Assembly: GCA_036960775.1 (NCBI GenBank)
Contig: JBALWO010000001.1
Coordinates: forward strand, 162,334-226,333
DNA length: 64,000 nt
Direction of reading: 5' to 3'
DNA from: Pseudomonas marincola
GTDB lineage: Bacteria > Pseudomonadota > Alphaproteobacteria > Sneathiellales > Sneathiellaceae
The stretch's first letter is position 1. Every line of letters starts with the position of its first letter. Both the position numbers and the translations under genes were made by a program. Below the pieces are notes generated by a model. That model searched no databases. It saw nothing but the letters and a program-made list of their open reading frames with translations, and was not told where the DNA came from. This document shows, in pieces, positions 17,625-27,023 of the stretch.

Positions 17625-20366
17625 ATGAGCGCAGCCATTAAATTCTTTGTAAATGGACAGCCGCGTTCCATAACAGCTGCGCCAGTTACACGCCTGTCTG
17701 ATGTTTTGAGGGACGACCTTGGATTAACGGGCACCAAAGTTGGATGTAATGCGGGGGACTGTGGTAGCTGCACAGTTCTATTGGACGGTGAACAGGTTTG
17801 CGCCTGCTTAACATCGGTTGCAAAAGTAGAAAACCGCGATGTCACAACCGTCGAAGGGCTGGCGGATAACGGGAAGTTATCGGCGCTGCAAAAATCATTT
17901 GAGCGTCACGGCGCCGTTCAATGCGGTATCTGTACACCCGGAATGTTGATCGCTGCGACCAGCTTGTTGGCGGCCGATCCAAACCCGTCAAAACGGCAAG
18001 TTGAAGATGCCCTTGGTGGCGTATTATGCCGGTGCACCGGATATCAGAAAATTGTAGATGCAGTTCTGGATGTAAATGCATCAGCTGTTGAAATTGCACC
18101 CGTCAGTGGGCAAGCGGTTGGAACGTCTATAGCCAAGTTAGACGCCAATGAAAAACTGACTGGGCTTGAAAAATACGGTGCAGACGACATACCCAAAAAC
18201 GCCCTTTGGGTACGGATATTACGCTCCCCCATTGCGTACGGTAGGATAACTCTTGGGGATGTAAAGTCTGCGGCAAAAACAATGACCGGTATTCTTGATG
18301 TGCTTAGCTGTGAAGATATTCCGTTTAACAGATTTGGCATATATCCCGTTGGCAAAGACCAACCCGTTCTCTCTGACGGTATCGTTCGCTACCGAGGGGA
18401 TGCGATTATTGCTGTTGTAGGGGACAAAACGGCTGTTCAAACGGCGAGATTAAGTGATTTCCCCGTTGAGATTGAAGCGTTAGCGCCAGTGATAGGGCTT
18501 GAGGCTGCAAGGGATCCAAACGCGGCTCAGCTTCATGCGGATAAACCTCAAAATATCTTGATCGATGGTCATGTAAAAAAGGGTGAGCTTAGCCGTGCTT
18601 TTGAGGGAGCTGCATCGGTTGCGAGCGGTGAGTTTGAGACCCGATTTGTCGAACATGCCTATATTGAACCTGAAGCGGGTTGGGCGCGCCGGGTTGACGA
18701 TCGCATTGAAGTTTATGTGACCACGCAGGCCGTTCATATGGACCGCGATGAAATTGCAAGTGTCCTCAAAATTCCAAAAGACCGCGTTCGGGTTGTACCA
18801 ACTGCTTGCGGTGGTGGTTTCGGTGGAAAATTAGATGTGTCTGTTCAGCCAATTTTAGCGGTTGCAGCTATGAAGTATGACCTGCCAGTTGCCTATGTTT
18901 ATGAGCGACCCGAAAGCATGGCCGCGAGTACAAAGCGTCATCCTTCTCAGATTTCAACTAAATTTGCAGCCGATAAAGAGGGGTTGCTAATGGCAACTGA
19001 AATGGCAGCAGATTTTGATACTGGCGCCTATGCATCGTGGGGGCCGACAGTCGCAGGCCGGGTTCCTGTCCACGGAAGTGGCCCCTATTTTGTCCCAAAC
19101 GTTCATGTAAGTGGGCGCGGATTGTTTACCAATGGGCCGCCTGCGGGTGCTTTTCGCGGGTTTGGTGTTCCGCAAGCCGCCATTGCCCACGAATGTATGA
19201 TGGATGATCTGGCGGAGGATCTTGGTATTGATCGCCTCGAAATTAGGCTGCGGAATGCAATCAGGCCGGGGCAGCAAACAGCGACGGGGCAAGTTCTAAA
19301 AGCGAGTGCGGGAATGGGGCCCTGTCTTGAAGCCCTGCAATCAAGTTGGAACACGCTGTTAAAGTCAGCAGATCAATTCAATAAAGCGCAAACTGGTGGA
19401 CTTCGGCGGGGTGTCGGCGTTGGCGCCATGTGGTATGGCATCGGAAATACGTCTTTGTCCAATCCCTCCACAATGGAAGTGGGCCTCAGCACAGATGGTA
19501 AATTGATATTGTTCAATGGGGCCGTTGATATTGGCCAAGGATCTAATACCATTATGCCGCAAATCTGCGCGGATGCACTTGGGCTGCCGGTGGCCGAGTT
19601 TACTTACATTATGGGTGATAGTGATTTAACGGAAGACGCCGGAAAAACATCTGCCTCTCGCCAGACATTTGTCTCCGGCAAGGCAGTTGAACTTGCAGGA
19701 CTTGATTTGCGGGCCAAAATTTTACGGCACGTAAATGCGGGTGACGATGCCGAGCTCAGCCTAAATGGGACAATCTTATCTGTCGAAGATGACGCAACCC
19801 GCCATGAAATTGACCTTTCCGCCCTTGAAGCTGGGCTTAAAGATATGGTGTTTATGGGCACGGGCAGGTTCGATCCACCAACAACGCCGCTTGATAAAAA
19901 TGGACAAGGAACCCCATACGCCACATACGGATTTGCCGCGCAAGTGGCACTGGTGGAAGTTAACGTAAAACTGGGAACAACCAAAGTATTGAAGATTGTT
20001 GCGGCCCACGATGTTGGGCGCGCCATTAATCCACAACAGGTGGAAGGGCAAATCCACGGCGGAATAGCGCAAGGACTAGGGCTTGCATTGATGGAAGAAT
20101 TTGTGCCGGGCGTTACTGAAAATCTGCATGATTATTTAATTCCGACCATCGGCGATATGCCTGAAATGGAAGTGATAATCGTTGAGGAAAGCGAACCACT
20201 GGGACCGTTCGGTGCAAAAGGCGTCGGAGAGCCCGGCTTGGTTCCAACACCGCCCGCCATTTTTGGCGCAGTTCGTCATGCGACAGGAGTTCGTGTTACC
20301 GAAGCGCCGTTGTTGCCGCACCGACTGAAGGCCGCTCTCAATAAGCTGGAGAAACGCAATGACTGA
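17625..20366 (+). CDS. Molybdenum hydroxylase, fused [2Fe-2S] and molybdopterin subunits; probable nicotinate (pyridine-carboxylate) dehydrogenase
   Basis: 'GCNAGDCGSC', 'QCGIC', 'CRC', 'CGGGFGGK', 'AFRGFG', 'SASRQT', 'KGVGE'. The family call is firm; the substrate is inferred from the adjacent hnr. Confidence 0.85.
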   Translation: MSAAIKFFVNGQPRSITAAPVTRLSDVLRDDLGLTGTKVGCNAGDCGSCTVLLDGEQVCACLTSVAKVENRDVTTVEGLADNGKLSALQKSFERHGAVQCGICTPGMLIAATSLLAADPNPSKRQVEDALGGVLCRCTGYQKIVDAVLDVNASAVEIAPVSGQAVGTSIAKLDANEKLTGLEKYGADDIPKNALWVRILRSPIAYGRITLGDVKSAAKTMTGILDVLSCEDIPFNRFGIYPVGKDQPVLSDGIVRYRGDAIIAVVGDKTAVQTARLSDFPVEIEALAPVIGLEAARDPNAAQLHADKPQNILIDGHVKKGELSRAFEGAASVASGEFETRFVEHAYIEPEAGWARRVDDRIEVYVTTQAVHMDRDEIASVLKIPKDRVRVVPTACGGGFGGKLDVSVQPILAVAAMKYDLPVAYVYERPESMAASTKRHPSQISTKFAADKEGLLMATEMAADFDTGAYASWGPTVAGRVPVHGSGPYFVPNVHVSGRGLFTNGPPAGAFRGFGVPQAAIAHECMMDDLAEDLGIDRLEIRLRNAIRPGQQTATGQVLKASAGMGPCLEALQSSWNTLLKSADQFNKAQTGGLRRGVGVGAMWYGIGNTSLSNPSTMEVGLSTDGKLILFNGAVDIGQGSNTIMPQICADALGLPVAEFTYIMGDSDLTEDAGKTSASRQTFVSGKAVELAGLDLRAKILRHVNAGDDAELSLNGTILSVEDDATRHEIDLSALEAGLKDMVFMGTGRFDPPTTPLDKNGQGTPYATYGFAAQVALVEVNVKLGTTKVLKIVAAHDVGRAINPQQVEGQIHGGIAQGLGLALMEEFVPGVTENLHDYLIPTIGDMPEMEVIIVEESEPLGPFGAKGVGEPGLVPTPPAIFGAVRHATGVRVTEAPLLPHRLKAALNKLEKRND

Positions 20367-21777
20367 TAAAAGTGATACTGCGTTAATTCGCTGTGATGCC
20401 TGTCCTGTTCTTTGCCGTATTCGAGATGGCCAGACCGGGGCTTGCGATCGATACGGAAATACCGATGGCAACTTGATCCGTGTAGATCCTTTGGTTGTTA
20501 TGCAAAAAACGGGAAAAAAAGTTGAGCTTGCAGACCAAGGGCAAGGGTGGGGCGGTAATGTGGTCACTGAGGAAAGCCATTTTGTAACAGGCGTCGGATC
20601 CGGCACAACTTATCCAGATTATAAACCAGCTCCTTTCATTATCGGTTCCAACGTGGCTGGCGTTGATACGGTGACAGTCGTATCCGAAGGTGTATTTAGC
20701 TATTGCGGTGTGAAAGTTAAGATCGATACAGATCGTTATATCGGGCCGGAAACTGCCCCCGTATTCGCAAACGGCGAACAAGTCGGACATGTCACGACAG
20801 CGGAATATGGCAGTCAGATGCTGTCACTCGGCGGTGTTCGGCATCTAACGGGTGGGTCAAAAAAAGAAGGCCGGATTACGTGCGATACATTGCTCAATCT
20901 ATGTAATAAAAATGCTGTTACGTTGGATGTGAAAGGGGGCGCGCAAGTCATTGTGCAAGCCGGGATGCCACCAATTATTGACGGCGATAAAGAAGAGCGT
21001 ATGCGCGTGGGCTGTGGGTCTGCAACTATTGGAATATTTGCACCGCAATGGCACGGAAAAGTAGACGAAGTTATTGTGGTCGATGATCATATAACGGGCG
21101 TTTTAACAGAACACCAAGCGGGTCAGTTCTTGGAGATGCCACATTCTGGCATTCGGGTACGGGGCCGCAAATCCACCCCGGGCCGATATTTTCAAGTGGC
21201 TGACCATGGTTCCGGCTGGGGCGGCACAGATATTATCGAACCATTGGATATTATTTCCAAAATTGATGCGAAAAAAGCCTATCCCGGTATGACATTGTTG
21301 ATGGTCTCCACAACGGGGCAAGATAGCGGCTGGTTTGTCTTAAACGAAAACCTAGTCCCAGAACCCTCACCAATGCCGGACAATATCCAAGAGATTGTCA
21401 ATCGCATCGCTGAAAACTGCGAGCCTGCATTGTGCACCGTTTTGTTTATGGCAGGGGCGGGTGGATCTTTGCGCGCTGGCGTTACGGAAAACCCCGTAAG
21501 ACTGACCCGCTCAGTAAAAGAAAAGCTGACAAAAGTGACATCGGGCGGCGCACCAACTTACATTTGGCCGGGCGGCGGGATCACAATGATCGTTGATGTT
21601 ATGGATATGCCTGAAAACTCATTTGGCTATGTTCCAACACCGGCACTGGTTGCCCCCATTGAGTTTGCTTTGACACTTGCCGACTTTGAAGCGTTAGGCG
21701 GACATATGAAAAGCATAATTCCGCTAGAGAGCGTGCTGGCAAACCGAGACGTCACGTGGCTTGAGGAAAAGGGCTAA
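20359..21777 (+). CDS. hnr: 6-hydroxynicotinate reductase family Fe-S flavoprotein
   Basis: N-terminal CDACPVLC-x9-C; 'VTGVGSGTTYPDYKPAPFI', 'RMRVGCGSATIG', 'WPGGGIT', 'GYVPTPALVAPIEF' (family recognised from recall). Confidence 0.8.
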   Translation: MTDKSDTALIRCDACPVLCRIRDGQTGACDRYGNTDGNLIRVDPLVVMQKTGKKVELADQGQGWGGNVVTEESHFVTGVGSGTTYPDYKPAPFIIGSNVAGVDTVTVVSEGVFSYCGVKVKIDTDRYIGPETAPVFANGEQVGHVTTAEYGSQMLSLGGVRHLTGGSKKEGRITCDTLLNLCNKNAVTLDVKGGAQVIVQAGMPPIIDGDKEERMRVGCGSATIGIFAPQWHGKVDEVIVVDDHITGVLTEHQAGQFLEMPHSGIRVRGRKSTPGRYFQVADHGSGWGGTDIIEPLDIISKIDAKKAYPGMTLLMVSTTGQDSGWFVLNENLVPEPSPMPDNIQEIVNRIAENCEPALCTVLFMAGAGGSLRAGVTENPVRLTRSVKEKLTKVTSGGAPTYIWPGGGITMIVDVMDMPENSFGYVPTPALVAPIEFALTLADFEALGGHMKSIIPLESVLANRDVTWLEEKG

Positions 21778-21780
21778 CGA

Positions 21781-22650
21781 ATGGTTGGAACGGCTTCAGC
21801 GAAAATAATGGAAGATGGGAAAAGGCTGCATTTACAGCACGGTCCCATTGATATTATTGCTGAGGCGTTTGGTACGGACGAGGAAGTTGAAAAAGCTTAC
21901 TTCCAAGGATCCGCTTTTTTTCAATCCATATTACAAGACCTTGTGATGGATTTAGATGTTCTGCGAGCGCCCGTTACAAGAAGACCTCCAAGGCGATTGG
22001 GTGCGATCGCCGCTGACATGTATGATGCAGCCTCGCGGTTTTCTGAAAATCGGTATGTGACGCCCATGGCAGCTGTTGCGGGCTCAGTCGCGGATGCGGT
22101 TCTGCAAGCCATGAGTGCTGGGCGACAACTCCATAAACTATATGTAAATAATGGCGGCGATATAGCTCTTCATCTAGAGGGGAATGCGCTGTTCAAGGGC
22201 GGAATAGTGAACAACCAAGATTTACCGTCAGTAAACGCAAATTTCGAACTGACTGTGAATAATAAAGTTGGCGGGATTGCTACATCTGGCTGGCGGGGGC
22301 GTTCCCTGTCTCCTGGCATTGCCGATGCTGTAACGGTCCTAGCATCAACCGCAGCCCTTGCCGATGTGGCAGCGACGATTATTGCAGGTGATGTGATAGC
22401 ATCTGATCTCTCGATCATTCAACGACCCGCCATAACTGTCCGCGATGACACTGATCTTGGTGACATGTTGGTGACGACACAGGTCGGAAAATTAAAGAAA
22501 GAAACCTGTATTTCAGCCCTTGAGAGGGGCCTAAATACAGCAGAAAAATTAAAACAGGCTGGACTGATACACGGGGCTTATCTTGCGCTGCAAAATGATG
22601 TCGTCAGTTCGACCGGAATGAACAAACTTTTACAAAAGGAAGTGGCATGA
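21781..22650 (+). CDS. UPF0280 family protein (ApbE-like superfamily)
   Basis: 'LHLQHGPIDI', 'TPMAAVAGSVAD', 'VNNGGDIA', 'GIATSGWRGRSLSPGIADAVTV'. Confidence 0.85.
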   Translation: MVGTASAKIMEDGKRLHLQHGPIDIIAEAFGTDEEVEKAYFQGSAFFQSILQDLVMDLDVLRAPVTRRPPRRLGAIAADMYDAASRFSENRYVTPMAAVAGSVADAVLQAMSAGRQLHKLYVNNGGDIALHLEGNALFKGGIVNNQDLPSVNANFELTVNNKVGGIATSGWRGRSLSPGIADAVTVLASTAALADVAATIIAGDVIASDLSIIQRPAITVRDDTDLGDMLVTTQVGKLKKETCISALERGLNTAEKLKQAGLIHGAYLALQNDVVSSTGMNKLLQKEVA

Positions 22651-23234
22651 GCGAACTTGTCAAAGTACGAAAAATCTCAACACAAGTTGAAGAGATTTAT
22701 CATGAAGGCGGACCTGTAAGAACAGATCCTATTTTGCGCGGCTCTATCGTTGCTGTGATCGATAACCCCTATGCGGGCGCTTACGTGGAAGACATCACTC
22801 CACTGATGGAGGGATTAAAACCGTTGGGTTTGAAGCTTGCAAACCAGCTGATTAAAGCTCTTGGCGGCGATGCCTCGAAAATTACCAGCTACGGCAAAGG
22901 CGCTATCGTTGGCGAAGATGGAGAGTTGGAGCATGGTGCAACTTGGCATGTGGCCGGAGGCTACGCCATGCGGGAAGCCTTAGGGGAAGCATTTGCCATT
23001 GTGCCCTCTAGTAAAAAAGTAGGCGGCCTTGGGGCTACGTTGGAAATTCCAATTTCTCATAAGGATGCGTCCTATGTTCGCAGTCATTTTGACGCCATGC
23101 AGATCGGTGTTCCCGATGGTCCACGTCGCAGCGAAATCGTGTTCGCTTTGGTGATGACAACAGGTGGGCGCGTGCATGCGCGGCTAGGCGGTCTTGCTGC
23201 TGATGAAATTTCAAAATTTGACGGACTTCGTTGA
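22647..23234 (+). CDS. DUF1185 / AA_synth family protein
   Basis: 'NPYAGAYVED', 'YGKGAIVGEDGELEHGA', 'IPISHKDASYVRSHFD', 'DGPRRSEIV', 'GRVHAR'. Confidence 0.85.
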   Translation: MSELVKVRKISTQVEEIYHEGGPVRTDPILRGSIVAVIDNPYAGAYVEDITPLMEGLKPLGLKLANQLIKALGGDASKITSYGKGAIVGEDGELEHGATWHVAGGYAMREALGEAFAIVPSSKKVGGLGATLEIPISHKDASYVRSHFDAMQIGVPDGPRRSEIVFALVMTTGGRVHARLGGLAADEISKFDGLR

Positions 23235-23254
23235 TTTAAAAGTTTGGGTGGATC

Positions 23255-25288
23255 ATGAACGGAAGAGTAATTGGCGTAGATGTTGGCGGAACTTTCACTG
23301 ATTTGATTTCGGTTGATCCGAATACAGGATCGATAGAAGTTACCAAAGTGCCGACCACTCTGGACAACCAAGCCTTTGGCGTAATCGCGGCCATCAAAAA
23401 CGTGGGAACTGATCTTACGAAAGTCGATGCCATTAGTCATGGAACCACGACAACGACAAACGCACTGCTTGAGCGGAAAATCGCTAAAACGGGACTGATC
23501 ACCACCAAGGGTTTCCGTGACGTGTTGGAGCTTGGTCGGCGAACGCGACCTTCGCCCTACGGATTGAAGGGCCAGTTCAAGCCGCTTATCTCTCGTGATG
23601 TCCGTATGGAAGTCTCCGAACGGATTGATGCAGACGGCGGGATTGTGATCCCGTTGGACGAGATAGAGCTCAGATCAAAAATTGAAGACCTGTTGGCTGC
23701 TGGCGTTGAGAGTTTGGTCATCCATTTTCTGCATTCCTATAAAAACTCAGATCATGAAAAACGCGCAGCCACAATTGCAAAAGAAATGTGGCCCAATGCG
23801 TTTGTCACCGCTGGGCACGAAATTCTATCTGAATACCGCGAATATGAGCGGGGAACCACGGCTGCCATTAATGGCGCGATCCGCCCCGTTCTCGATAAAT
23901 ACATCAACCGTTTGCAGGGCGAGCTCGCCGCTGAAGGGTTCGCGCATGATCTGCTGGTGATGCAAGGTAACGGCGGAAGTGTGTCGGCGCGTGCCGTCGC
24001 CCACAGCGCTGTTAGTACGGTGATGTCAGGCCCTGCCTCTGGTGTAATGGCCGCGGCGGCCACCTGCCGTGCAGTAGGTATTGATAAAGTTATAACCTAC
24101 GACATGGGCGGAACCAGCTCAGATGTTGGCTTGGTTGAAGGCGGCGTCCCTCAAGTTACCTCAGAGTTAGATCTTGAATACGGAATGCCCATTCATGTTC
24201 CCATGGTGGATGTTCATACGATTGGCGCTGGCGGGGGATCAATTGCTTTCGTGAATGATGCCGGAATGTTGCAAGTTGGCCCAGAAAGCGCCGGTGCACT
24301 TCCAGGTCCCATATGTTATGGACGGGATGGGAAGAGGCCAACCATTACAGACGCAAATCTGATATTGGGTCGGCTCGATCCAGAAGCTCTCTTCTCGGTT
24401 GATAATCCGGTATCGTTGGATCAAATTCGCAGTATTTTTGAGACTGACATTGGCGCGCATTTTGGAATGAATGCGGAACAGGCCGCTTCTGCGGTTTTGC
24501 AAGTGGCTAACAACAAAATGGCTGGCGCGATCCGAATGGTCAGCCTGTCACGGGGCCACGATCCTAGGGATTTCTCGCTCTTTGCATTTGGCGGAGCAGG
24601 TCCGCTGCACGGAACGTCGCTTGCCAGTGAGCTGTCGATCCCGAATGTTGTGTTTCCGGCAAAACCCGGCATTACCAACGCGCTTGGGTGTGTCGTCTCT
24701 GATTTGCGGCACGACTTTGTGAATACTGTAAACACACCGCTTGCATCCCTAGATATTACAGCTGTTCACGAGATTATTAATCGCCAAATATCCGACGGCA
24801 AACAGATGATTGAAAATGACAATGTCCCCATCGAGGAGATGGAATTTTTATATTCTGCAGATATGCAATTTCAAGGTCAAAGCCATATGTTGGGTGTTGA
24901 AATTAGTGGGCCAAACGTCACGGTGGATGAGCTGCAAATGCGCTTCGATGAAGTTTATTGGGCTAGATTTGCGGTGGAGCTTCCTGAGATCAAAGCTGTT
25001 CTTGTGAACCTTCATACAGCAGTCATTGGACGCCGTAAAAGCTTCCCACTTTCTGTTTTAGCAGGATCTGATCAGGCTGAGAATTTGGAAGATGCCCTGC
25101 GTTGCATGCGGCCAGTTATGTTCGATGGCGAGTGGATAGATACGCCGGTTTATACGCGCGGCAAGTTGCCACTAGATTTGAATATAATCGGACCGGCAAT
25201 CATTGAGCAGCCGGATACAACTATTGTGGTGGAGCCGGGTAATACGGTGACGCTTGATGAAATTGGCAACTTGATTGTGGAGGTGTGA
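23255..25288 (+). CDS. ATP-dependent hydantoinase/oxoprolinase, A (ATPase) subunit
   Basis: 'DVGGTFTD', 'HGTTTTTNALLERK', 'SGPASG', 'DMGGTSSD', 'TIGAGGGS', 'GPESAGALPGP'. Confidence 0.93.
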   Translation: MNGRVIGVDVGGTFTDLISVDPNTGSIEVTKVPTTLDNQAFGVIAAIKNVGTDLTKVDAISHGTTTTTNALLERKIAKTGLITTKGFRDVLELGRRTRPSPYGLKGQFKPLISRDVRMEVSERIDADGGIVIPLDEIELRSKIEDLLAAGVESLVIHFLHSYKNSDHEKRAATIAKEMWPNAFVTAGHEILSEYREYERGTTAAINGAIRPVLDKYINRLQGELAAEGFAHDLLVMQGNGGSVSARAVAHSAVSTVMSGPASGVMAAAATCRAVGIDKVITYDMGGTSSDVGLVEGGVPQVTSELDLEYGMPIHVPMVDVHTIGAGGGSIAFVNDAGMLQVGPESAGALPGPICYGRDGKRPTITDANLILGRLDPEALFSVDNPVSLDQIRSIFETDIGAHFGMNAEQAASAVLQVANNKMAGAIRMVSLSRGHDPRDFSLFAFGGAGPLHGTSLASELSIPNVVFPAKPGITNALGCVVSDLRHDFVNTVNTPLASLDITAVHEIINRQISDGKQMIENDNVPIEEMEFLYSADMQFQGQSHMLGVEISGPNVTVDELQMRFDEVYWARFAVELPEIKAVLVNLHTAVIGRRKSFPLSVLAGSDQAENLEDALRCMRPVMFDGEWIDTPVYTRGKLPLDLNIIGPAIIEQPDTTIVVEPGNTVTLDEIGNLIVEV

Positions 25289-25289
25289 C

Positions 25290-27023
25290 ATGAGTTCACT
25301 TGATCCTATTACTCTTGCCGTTATTCAAAACGGTCTCATCCAAGTTTGCAACGAAATGGATTTGGCTTTCGTGCGAGCGGCATTCAGTCCGGTAATTTCA
25401 GAAGCGCTAGATCGCTCAGATGGAATTTATGCCGCTGATACTGGTGAGCTGATTGCCCAAGGTGAACTTGGGCTTCCGGTCTTCGTTGGCACAATGCAAT
25501 TTTCCACTCAAGCGGTGATCGAGCGGTCAAAAAATGTCAAACCCGGCGACATCTACATAGTAAACGATCCCTACCTTGGGGGAACGCATTTGATGGATGT
25601 TAAGTTCGTGCGGCCTTTTTTCTACAAAGGAAAACTCTGGTCGTGGCTTGCAAATACGGGGCATTGGCCTGATCTGGGCGGTGCTGTACCAGGCGGATTT
25701 TCCGCTAACGCCACAGAGGTTGAGCAAGAAGGACTGCGTCTGCCGCCGGTTAAGCTGTTTAAAGAGGGGGTTTTGGATGAAGAAATACTATCCATAATCT
25801 TGTCCAACATTCGAATTGCGGATCAACGTATTGGCGATATTAAGGCGCAAGCTGCAGCGCTTGCCGTGGGCGAGCAACGTCTGACAGATTTACTGGATAA
25901 ATACGGCGAGACCGTCGTTACTGACGCCATTTCTGAACTTAAAATCAGGGCATCAGAGCAAATGAGATCCAAAATATCGGCAATCCCTGATGGTGACTAC
26001 CAAGGCATCGCTTATGTGGATTCAGATGGCGTTGTGAACGAACCTCTTAAAATTGATATGAAAATCACCTCAAAAGGGGATGAGCTATTTTTCGATATGT
26101 CCGGATCTAGCGCACCTTGTATGGGACCCATGAATTCGGTGATTGCCACAACAAAATCATCGGTTTATTTGGCTATTAAACATATTTTCCCTGAAATTCC
26201 CATAAACGCGGGAACGTTTGAGCCTTTAAATATCAAAGATCCAGTAGATACGTTCCTTTATGCAAAATATCCGCGGCCAGTTTCTGGATGCGCTGCTGAA
26301 GTTAGCCAACGCATCGCCGAAGCGGTGTTTAACGCGCTGGTAGATGTTATTCCAGAGTTGCTGTTTGCAGCACCAGCGGGGACCTCTGGCAATCTAGCTA
26401 TTGGCGGGTATGATCCTAAAAAAGACAAAGCCTATGTCATGTATGTTATTTCCGGTGGTGGCTATGGTGGCTACTTGGAAGCAGATGGCTTATCCAACGG
26501 CTGTTCTACGATCGGGATTTCAAAAACGACCCCCATTGAGGTGATGGAGCAATATTATCCCATAATTTTTGAAGAGTATTCTCTTCATGAAGGCTCTGGC
26601 GGGGCCGGGGAAATGCGCGGCGGTTTCGGTGTGAATTACAAAATTAAACTGCGGCGTGGATCAGCTCGGGCCTCAATGGTAATGGATCACGGCCGGTATG
26701 GGCCGCTTGGCGCGCTCGGCGGGGAGAACGGAGGGCTTAACACGGTTAAAGTAACGACCAACGGCGAAGATTATATTCCGCCCCATCTGTCCAAGGATCA
26801 GGATATCCAAATTAATGTGGGGGACAGTGTATCTGTTTCAACTCCGGGCGGCGGCGGCTACGGCAACCCGCTGCTGCGTGATCCTGAAAAAGTCGCAAGC
26901 GATGTGCAGTTAGGATATTATACGCTAGAACAGGTGTCAGCCCGCTTTGGTGTTGTCTTAGATCCTGCGGATTTATCCGTTAAACGGGCGGAAACTAAGC
27001 AATTGAGAGCTAGTCGATCTTAA
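25290..27023 (+). CDS. ATP-dependent hydantoinase/oxoprolinase, B (hydrolase) subunit
   Basis: 'FSPVISE', 'NDPYLGGTHLMD', 'HWPDLGG', 'SGGAGEMRGG', 'TPGGGGYG'. Start set to ATG 25290. Confidence 0.93.
   Translation: MSSLDPITLAVIQNGLIQVCNEMDLAFVRAAFSPVISEALDRSDGIYAADTGELIAQGELGLPVFVGTMQFSTQAVIERSKNVKPGDIYIVNDPYLGGTHLMDVKFVRPFFYKGKLWSWLANTGHWPDLGGAVPGGFSANATEVEQEGLRLPPVKLFKEGVLDEEILSIILSNIRIADQRIGDIKAQAAALAVGEQRLTDLLDKYGETVVTDAISELKIRASEQMRSKISAIPDGDYQGIAYVDSDGVVNEPLKIDMKITSKGDELFFDMSGSSAPCMGPMNSVIATTKSSVYLAIKHIFPEIPINAGTFEPLNIKDPVDTFLYAKYPRPVSGCAAEVSQRIAEAVFNALVDVIPELLFAAPAGTSGNLAIGGYDPKKDKAYVMYVISGGGYGGYLEADGLSNGCSTIGISKTTPIEVMEQYYPIIFEEYSLHEGSGGAGEMRGGFGVNYKIKLRRGSARASMVMDHGRYGPLGALGGENGGLNTVKVTTNGEDYIPPHLSKDQDIQINVGDSVSVSTPGGGGYGNPLLRDPEKVASDVQLGYYTLEQVSARFGVVLDPADLSVKRAETKQLRASRS

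Noticed and set aside
17625-20366. Possible aerobic CO dehydrogenase, given the CoxD/CoxE-like genes in the window
   Set aside because: The active-site loop is AFRGFG, not AYxCSFR (form I) or AYRGAGR (form II), and the hnr context points to pyridine hydroxylation.
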